Shown: positions 11,380 through 18,499 of the stretch, in pieces
Layout of the letters: every line of letters begins with the position of its first letter
Position numbering within the stretch: the stretch's first letter is position 1
DNA from: Ginkgo biloba
Lineage: Eukaryota; Plantae; Ginkgophyta
Direction of reading: 5' to 3'
DNA length: 18,499 bases
NCBI GenBank assembly: GCA_024626585.2
Contig: JANKJI020000002.1
Coordinates: 145,082,268 to 145,100,766 of the forward strand
Position numbers and translations under genes: made by a program
The notes under the pieces: model-generated
Told to the model about the DNA's origin: nothing
The model's database searches: none
Seen by the model: the letters and a program-made list of their open reading frames with translations, nothing else

Positions 11380-11850
11380 ACAACTTTAACTACCCTCCAC
11401 CAAACAACCATCCTCATTGAGACTATCAGGTCATTCATAACTAGGCCGTGAAGAAACCATTCGCAAGGAAGTTATCACACCTTGTTGCCACCTTTTGTAA
11501 TTCAATATGAAATGTTTGTAACCATGGAAGAACCACTGATTTTTGTAAGAGAGATTCAAAAGCATGACATCCCAATACTACGGGACGAATTTCAAACCCT
11601 TCCTACTAATCATCCATTATGCATAGCTTTGGAGAGGACAAGACTCGCAATATATCTCACCATTCCACCCATAATCGACGAAGCCACTCTACTAGCTTCT
11701 GCCATTGGGATGGTAGTTAAGTGCCCAGAGTCCCTACACATAACTGACTAGCCCATTCATGAAGTGACAGGCCTTCCATTCCAAGGTTTAAAGATACCAT
11801 TAGCTCCTAAAATTGATACACAAATTGTTGCCAAAGAATTATGTTCCATC
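11380..11850 (+). pseudogene. Retrotransposon extra ORF remnant, copy 1, with a plant mobile domain (PMD)-like motif
   Basis: One frame with two stops: TTLTTLHQTTILIETIRSFITRP*RNHSQGSYHTLLPPFVIQYEMF...CPESLHITD*PIHEVTGLPFQGLKIPLAPKIDTQIVAKELC. The IT..IHEVTGLP..G segment resembles the PMD (PF10536) motif ITLEDV..L.GLP..G. A paralog lies at 13320 onward. Confidence 0.55.
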
Positions 11851-12135
11851 TTCTCTGTGAGTCCCTCCCTCGAGTCCATATCGATTCCTTGATGGTTTTG
11901 TGGCCCACCTCTGTCCCTAAGTGATTTTGTCCTCTTGTGCAGTTATGTGGCCCACCTATGACCCTCATTTATAGTGTTTTAATCTTGTTCTCCTGAGCGT
12001 TTCTATTCTGATCCATTGTGTAATCACATTTCCTGAGCGGTTCAGTGGCCCACCTCTATCCCTGAGTGGTCCTATCCTCCTAGGTGGTTCTATTCTGAAC
12101 CGTTCCTCTATCCCTAAGCGATTCTGTCCAATAGA
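11850..12135. repeat. Patchwork repeat of GTGGCCCACCTCT(A/G)TCCCT(A/G)AG and CCTGAGCG/TTCTATTCTGA motifs
   Basis: GTGGCCCACCT occurs at 11900, 11947 and 12045, with a partial copy at about 12104. CCTGAGCG and TTCTATTCTGA each occur twice. Confidence 0.7.
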
Positions 12136-12377
12136 TTTGCTCATGCTACTCACAACTTCTATCCAAGGTGTCAATAATGCACTAAATGGCAGATAAAGAC
12201 AAAGACTCTGCTACAGTTCGAAGGCTATCACAGTGGGTAGACACCCTTGACGCAAACATCAACAAACAATGACAAGTNNNNNNNNNNNNNNNNNNNNNNN
12301 NNNNNNNNNNNNNNNNNNNNNNNNNNNNNNNNNNNNNNNNNNNNNNNNNNNNNNNNNNNNNNNNNNNNNNNNNNNNN

Positions 12378-12750
12378 ATTACAATTGCAACCCATTGGAA
12401 GTCTTGTAATCAACGGTATAAGTATTGCGACCAATGTGTCTTGCAATTGGCATTAGAAGTATTGTCATCGGCAAGTTTGGCAATGGGCATTAGAAGTATT
12501 GCAACCGGTGTTTCTCATAACTAGCATTACAAGTCTTGTGACCAACGTGTCTTGCAACCAACATTAGAAGTATGTCAACTAGTGTGCCTTGCAACAGGCA
12601 TTACGAGTCTTATGGCTAGCGTATCTTGAAACTGACATTATGAGTCTTGTGGTTAGCGTGTCTTGCAACTGATGCTACAAGTCTTATGGTTGGTGTGTCT
12701 TGCAACCGGCGTTAGAAGTATTGCAACTAGCATGTCTTGCAACCGACATG
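12378..12750. repeat. TTGCAAC-core minisatellite, array 2, with a 37-bp higher-order unit (21+16 bp)
   Basis: Consecutive units from 12549: gtcttgcaaccaacattagaa|gtatgtcaactagtgt, gccttgcaacaggcattacga|gtcttatggctagcgt, atcttgaaactgacattatga|gtcttgtggttagcgt, gtcttgcaactgatgctacaa|gtcttatggttggtgt, gtcttgcaaccggcgttagaa|gtattgcaactagcat. Confidence 0.9.
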
Positions 12751-12855
12751 AATAAAATGAAAACAATAATGTATTAATTTCTAGTAGTCCAACTAGCATG
12801 TCTTACAACTGACATGAATAAAATGAAAACAATAATGTATTAATTTCTAGTAGTG
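12724..12855. repeat. Recent tandem duplication (66-bp period) ending in a CACTA-like terminus
   Basis: 12724-12788 and 12790-12854 differ at 2 of 65 positions. The second copy ends TTTCTAGTAGTG (12844-12855), whose reverse complement is CACTACTAGAAA. Confidence 0.9.
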
Positions 12856-13319
12856 ACCAATAAGCGTTCAATGCGGCTACCAAAATATGCTTCCAAGTTA
12901 CAAATCAAGGGAGGGCCTCTGGCCTCTCCAGAGCTAAATCTAAGAGTCAACAAGAAAGAGGGAAAGAGGAAAAGGGAAAAAGAGGGAAAGAGGGGAATAA
13001 AAGCTCTACTAGAAAAAAATTATATAAACAAGCCACAATAAAATATAGTGTACACCCAGTAAGAATCTCATAGGTGCTTCTAGAAGGAGGGCCCTTCTAA
13101 GTTCTTGCTTGGATATAAAAGGTCCCTTTAGGATGTGTCTTGCAATCGACGACTAGCATACTATAACTACATTAAATATGCTAAATAAAGTNNNNNNNNN
13201 NNNNNNNNNNNNNNNNNNNNNNNNNNTGTGGGGGTATCATGACACTGATCGGTCCATCACTTCTCATAATCTAAAATTCAAATAAGTCATTATGACGTGG
13301 TGTGGTGGGTTTAGGTGAA

Positions 13320-15110
13320 ATGGCTTTAACTACCCTCAACCAAACAATTGACCTCATTGTGACTATCAGGTTGTTCATAACCAGTCTATGTAGAGACCAA
13401 TCATGAGGATATCACACCTTGTCGCCACCTTTTATATTTTAGAAAGAAGTATTTGGAACCATGACATAACCCCTAGTTTTTATAGTAGAGGTTCTTGAGC
13501 ATGACATCCAAGGGATATGGGCAAAATGTTGAACCTTTCCTACTTACCTTCCACTACGTACATCCTTGGAGAGGGTAGGTTTTGTGGCATACCTCACCAT
13601 TACACCCATTGCCTTTCACCATCGAGATTGTAGCTTAGTGCACAGAGGCTCTAAACATCATAGACTAGGCCATCCATGAAATGGGAGGACTTCCATTCCA
13701 AGGTCTAGAGTAGCTTGTAAAGTTGATAGATAGATCGCTGCTAAGAATTTTGTATGAAACCTAAGGGTGCCTCATCCTTTGGAATTTTGGTGGAAGGGTT
13801 GAAAGATGAACAATTGAGGGGGGTGACACAATTCATTATGGCCAGGCTCTTATGGAACCAAAAATGCTCCACATTTCGACCTAGTTGCATTCAATGTTGT
13901 AGCAAGTAAAAGTCGGTAATGGTGCATTTTGTTAAATTCAAATCTTGTCTCTATTGAAGCATATCAAGGAAGCCTATTCCTCTTCATCATTTTTCCTACT
14001 GTTGATCTTCATAGGAATGTTATTTGCATAGTGTCTCTATGCCAAGCCACCAATCAATGATGATAGTCTAGAAGTTCCATTGTTGGTTAGGTGGGTCAAG
14101 CACTATCCAAAAGGAGCAATCTCAGTACCAAACGCTTCAAATTCTCCCAAGAAAAGATGAAGGTATTGAAATGGTTGAAATTCAAGTGGGTAGTTGTGCA
14201 GATAATGAATATTCCTATTGCCAATGATAGAGAGAATGCATGGCTTACTGGGCAAGACCTTGATTCAACCCTAAATTCACAACTGCGAACCAATCAAGTT
14301 GGGGTTGTTGGACAAGAAGTACATGCACCAGTTGATATGGACATGTCAGAACAATAAAGTTCCCATGAGACCTGCCAAATAATCCCACAAAACATCATTG
14401 AATTCAACTCCCAACCTTGGTTGAATATTAAGGGGAAGGGAGTCCAAATATCCTCGCTAGCATCTCTCCCAATTCTAAACCAAGCACTTCCATAGCATGG
14501 TCGTCTCAACGCAGGTTGGAAGAATCTATTGTGGACAAACCAATCAAATTAAAATGGGAGGACGAGATCCAAGTGTTTGAAGATTGTTTGAAGAAATCTG
14601 ACTACAAATTATCCAACCATGAAGCATAGAAACCCACATTTACTACTAATATGTTAGTTCATGATTTGGTGTCCAAGACTAAGGGCTCGAAAAGTGGTTG
14701 AGCTCGGAACCACAAAAGGGTCAGGTAGTAGCATCCAAGGACAAAATTTAGTTCATCTCTCACTTTCTAGATGTATGACTAGAAGATGTCGACCCTTCCA
14801 TGGTTACATACCAATGGTTCATGTCCTCTTTTGATAAACACATCTAAAGGGGTCAAAAAAAATTATTCCCAAATTAGACATCTAGATTCTGCAAGTAGAT
14901 AGGAATTGACAATAAATATTCAATTTGAAATATGATTGTCTATAGGATATGATGGCTTGTAGTAAAGCACAAGAGGAGGTAGAGGATAACATAAAAGAAT
15001 TGACTAAGGATTTGGACAAGGCATAAAAAGAATAAAAAGTTATTAAAGGACAAATGGTTGGGATGCAGAGTTGTCAAAGAATAGAGCTACAACAGTTGGA
15101 GACTACCAAT
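13320..15110 (+). pseudogene. Retrotransposon extra ORF remnant, copy 2 (longer), PMD-like N-terminal part and a possible coiled-coil tail
   Basis: ATG at 13320 gives MALTTLNQTIDLIVTIRLFIT, paralogous to copy 1. Then NIID*AIHEMGGLPFQG (about 13654-13704) and FCMKPKGASSFGILVEGLKDEQLRGVTQFIMARLLWNQK. An E/K/Q-rich stretch lies at about 14950-15110. Homology to copy 1 is clear to about 13755; the extent beyond that is inferred. Confidence 0.5.
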
Positions 15111-15289
15111 TGAACACTCATTCGAATTTTTCCGCAAGCGGGGTCACCCATCCCACTTGGCATCCACATTGGCAGTGAGCCTCAATGATTGTAAAGTTTG
15201 AGTTTAAAATTTTCAAGGGGTTAGACTACAACATTATTGAAAATTTTGAATACTTGGCATGTAACTTTGATCCTAGGGGTGAACAAGGA

Positions 15290-15894
15290 CGTTGAACATT
15301 TATGGCCAACAAGATGCATGCTAGAAGATTGACACAAGTCATTGTAGTGTGTTCATTTGTCGTAGCTAGGTTGGTCACAAACCGTTCACTAGTTGCAGTG
15401 GCCCAGGCCATTGCAACATTGTTCTTCAGTTGTAGTGATTTTGGTCGTTATAGTTTGTTCACCAATTGCAATGGCTTTGGTTGACACAATCTTGCTCTTC
15501 GCTTGTAATGTTTTGGTCATCTCCAATTTGCTCGTTGGTCACAACAATTTTGGTTTCCTATCATTGCTCTACAATTGTAAACAATTGTTAAGAATATCAC
15601 GTTGCTCAACACAGCCTAAATGTAATCAAGCATAGTTATGAAATGCCAAAAGGTTAGTCTCTATGAAACTCAAATGATTGTAATATGTATTTACAGTGCT
15701 GCAAAAGATTAAGGAAATGGATCAATTTAGTCATCTAATAAATATAATCTCTTTTGTATTGTAGACTACAACCTTGACATTCACTAGGGACAAACGAGTA
15801 TGTTGGTGAGAGTAGCATATTTGTAACTCTTCACTATATATCTTCTACCTATTGCATACTTCTAAGTCCTCGTAATGCATCTTGCTTGTTGACA
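15290..15894 (+). mobile_element. Candidate LTR followed by a degenerate primer-binding site
   Basis: LTR-like layout: purine-rich AGGGGTGAACAAGGA upstream, decayed TATA-like CTCTATGAAAC at about 15659, AATAAA at about 15737, and end ...TTGTTGACA at 15894. It is followed by TTTAGCATGATTTGCTAGGG, weakly like the tRNA-Asp PBS TGGCGCCGTTGCCGGGG. Boundaries are uncertain. Confidence 0.35.
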
Positions 15895-16019
15895 TTTAGC
15901 ATGATTTGCTAGGGTACCGACCTAGGACACAACAAACAAGTTACACAATTCGTACAACCATAGATGGATCCATCACAAGATGCCTTACGCATACAATTCC
16001 ACCAGTGTTCCCAAATACA

Positions 16020-16509
16020 AACAAATTGGAGACTAGGATGGATATTACACCCCTCAAGGGAAGATTGGATGTCAAAAGAGTTGATGACTAGATAAGGAAA
16101 ATTGAGGTCTATGAAGGTTACCAAGGTTACAATGACCTAGAAAATATTTATTTTGTGTGTTAGAAGATGACGGCGCATGATCCCCTTTGGTGGGAGAGTT
16201 TTTAAGATGACAAGGTTGCTTATCCACAAGGAATCAGGAAGAGATAAGTTAGTTGAAAAAAAAAAGGTATAACCCAATTGGGTATGATTGAAAGTTGTGG
16301 ATATAGTGGCAACATCTCAAATGAAAACTTGGGCATAAAGTGGACGAATACACATATGAGTTCTCTGAGTTCATCATAACGTTGAAGATCTTTGAAGACA
16401 AGGAAGAAGTTGTCCTCAAGTATATGGGAACTTTGCATTCCCATGTTTAGAGGGAACTTACACGCTCTGATATCAAGAGATTGGATGATGCATATGGAAA
16501 GACATTGAG
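16020..16509 (+). pseudogene. Ty3/gypsy gag remnant (Retrotrans_gag-like)
   Basis: KLETRMDITPLKGRLDVKRVDD*IRKIEVYEGYQGYNDLENILF..KMTAHDPLWWES..RYNPIGYD*KLWI*WQHLK*KLGHKVDEYTYEF..EEVVLKYMGTLHSHV*REL..IKRLDDAYGK. This matches the gag pattern LD.WI..LE.Y / A..WW / FYP.GY / LRQ..G.SV.EY..EF / KY..GL. Confidence 0.85.
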
Positions 16510-16869
16510 NNNNNNNNNNNNNNNNNNNNNNNNNNNNNNNNNNNNNNNNNNNNNNNNNNNNNNNNNNNNNNNNNNNNNNNNNNNNNNNNNNNNNNNNNNN
16601 NNNNNNNNNNNNNNNNNNNNNNNNNNNNNNNNNNNNNNNNNNNNNNNNNNNNNNNNNNNNNNNNNNNNNNNNNNNNNNNNNNNNNNNNNNNNNNNNNNNN
16701 NNNNNNNNNNNNNNNNNNNNNNNNNNNNNNNNNNNNNNNNNNNNNNNNNNNNNNNNNNNNNNNNNNNNNNNNNNNNNNNNNNNNNNNNNNNNNNNNNNNN
16801 NNNNNNNNNNNNNNNNNNNNNNNNNNNNNNNNNNNNNNNNNNNNNNNNNTTATTAATGATAGAAAATAA

Positions 16870-17356
16870 GATTAAGATGGATAAAAGAAAGTAGTTCCTT
16901 CTCATAAAGATATAAATCAAAAACTTACTTGTGGAAACCATTTTTTGTCTACGCAGATCAAAAGAACATAATCTCTGTATTGATTATCAAGGAGAATCAA
17001 TTAGGCACAATGGAACTTAGTGCTCCTACACTTTTGGGTGGCTGCATAATGATGCCAAATTTGTGATCACTAAGCAATGCAAAATGAAGTTCACAATCAC
17101 TTCTACTTCCGTTAATAAGGTGGTGTATTTAACATTGGTAGTCAAAGTACTCGATCTCTAAGTTGAACGTGAAGGAGCATGTATTGGCCACAATGGAGCA
17201 TAGTGCTCCCTACACTTTTGGGTCAATGCATAAAGATGTCAAACTTAATTTCGCTACAAAGTGCAAGATGGAGTTCATAATCACCTCTAAATTCATTGGC
17301 AAAGTGGTGTCTTTAACAATTGCCTCAAAAGTTGTCTTTAACATTTATAATTGAAC
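16870..17356 (+). pseudogene. Ty3/gypsy aspartic protease remnant with an internal diverged tandem duplication
   Basis: DKRK*FLLIKI*IKNLLVETIF..NIIS..YTFGWLHNDAKFVITKQCKMKFTITS..KVV resembles LF.IKIQVK...V.A.FDSGSQ.NLIS..HP.PY.LGW..ITKQC..KF.I. The C-terminal part is repeated as MEHSAPYTFGSMHKDVKLNFATKCKMEFIITSKFIGKVV. Confidence 0.8.
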
Positions 17357-17742
17357 TACAAACTACTAGCTTCATCATATGACTCGTTACACTTCACTCT
17401 TAAATTGTTTCTCAAAACAATACCTCCAAGGGATCTTGCATGACAACCCAACCCTAAAAGTGTAGTCTCTNNNNNNNNNNNNNNNNNNNNNNTAGATGTT
17501 CGGTTTAGTCTTAGTACATTTGTTCATCCTTTAAATTATCTCTCTTCAAACCACACACACATAAAGATACATAATAAAATGGGGGAATGGTAAATAACAT
17601 TACATGTAGTTTGTTTGTTTTTAAGTTTCATATAGACAATGATCTATGTGAACAATTACATAAACTTCAAAAATGAACATCACATGAACTCAACAAATGA
17701 ATATTCATGTAACTAACAAAAATGCATGGGGGATATGACAAC

Positions 17743-17844
17743 CTTATCAAAATTGGTGAAGGAAACCGAATATGCAGCATGCTCAGGTATCAATCTCCTC
17801 AAACCTTCTGAATTCAATCTTGCCATTTGTGCATTCACCACAGC
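17743..17844 (-). CDS. Candidate internal exon of an unidentified host gene (34 aa, AVVNAQMARLNSEGLRRLIPEHAAYSVSFTNFDK)
   Basis: 102 bp, T-rich acceptor ...ttgtttttgaaAG|GCT and donor AAG|GTtgtc. Open only in phase 0; the other two frames have stops. GC is higher than in the T-rich, intron-like flanks. I do not recognise the protein. Confidence 0.5.
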
Positions 17845-18499
17845 CTTTCAAAAACAATGATTAAATGATTGAATGCCTAACATAAAATGTTTTGCATAAC
17901 ATAAGAAAATGCCTCTTTTACCTTATGTTTCTATATCAAAAAGTTCAAAGATATATTACTTACTAATATAAACGATCTAATCTTAATGCAAAGTCATCCA
18001 ATCCCAATCAAGATTAGGACTCAGTGGACTAGACAATAGGCCATACTTAGCAATCTTAGTCTTAACAAAACATAGATAGAAAATATGTCAAAATTTAATT
18101 ATGAATAGATCAAGAAAGGGACAGTTATGAAGTAATCACTAAATTTCTCTTTCTTTCTTATTTATGTAGCTTCTTTTTGGAATGTAATGACTCAATCGTT
18201 TGGCTTATAAGACTACTTATTTTCTTTAATAAATTGAGAAGAAATAGATTGCATGTTTCTTATCTCTGTAATGATAACAAAGATGCCTATTTTGGTCCTC
18301 ATAATTTATTAAATTTTTTACAGCATTATTTAAATATAGAATATAAATAAGAGTACTTTCTAATACATAGCTAGGAATTTCATGTTAAGCGAGGTTAAAG
18401 AATCCTTTTTAGATCTAATTCTATGTGTTTCTAATATAAGTAAGAGCACTCCATGGAACATATATAGGAGATCCATCTTAGGAAGGTTTAAAAAGGCCT

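Noticed and set aside
12378-12750. CRISPR-like appearance of the regularly spaced repeats
   Set aside because: The intervening parts are variants of the same core, not unique spacers. The context is eukaryotic TE sequence with no cas genes.
12950-13000. Long polypurine tract as a PPT
   Set aside because: It is not followed by a TG-starting LTR-like sequence and is treated as low complexity.

Overview
AT-rich, CpG-poor eukaryotic DNA from a gappy draft assembly. It has 12 N-runs, four of them exactly 100 N (3449-3548, 6000-6099, 8400-8499, 12278-12377), which are probably gaps of unknown size. The sequence is most likely from a large-genome land plant; from memory the retroelement peptides resemble gymnosperm or fern families (inference). 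There is no intact gene. The window is a pile of decayed, nested Ty3/gypsy LTR retrotransposons. (1) A minus-strand chromovirus-type pol remnant (YLDD RT, apparently missing RNase H) is cut at 7786 by a TGTCACAACCC LTR. (2) A plus-strand non-chromovirus pol pseudogene (RT-RNaseH-IN, 8589-10943) is followed by two diverged copies of a module: TTGCAAC minisatellite, AT-rich spacer, then an extra ORF with a plant-mobile-domain-like IT..IHEVTGLP..G motif. (3) A candidate LTR is followed by a gag and aspartic protease remnant with an old internal duplication. There is also a CACTA-like terminus at 12855 and a candidate 102-bp host exon on the minus strand at 17743-17844. The most unusual structure is the duplicated minisatellite plus extra-ORF module. 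I cannot support a new functional system from this sequence alone.
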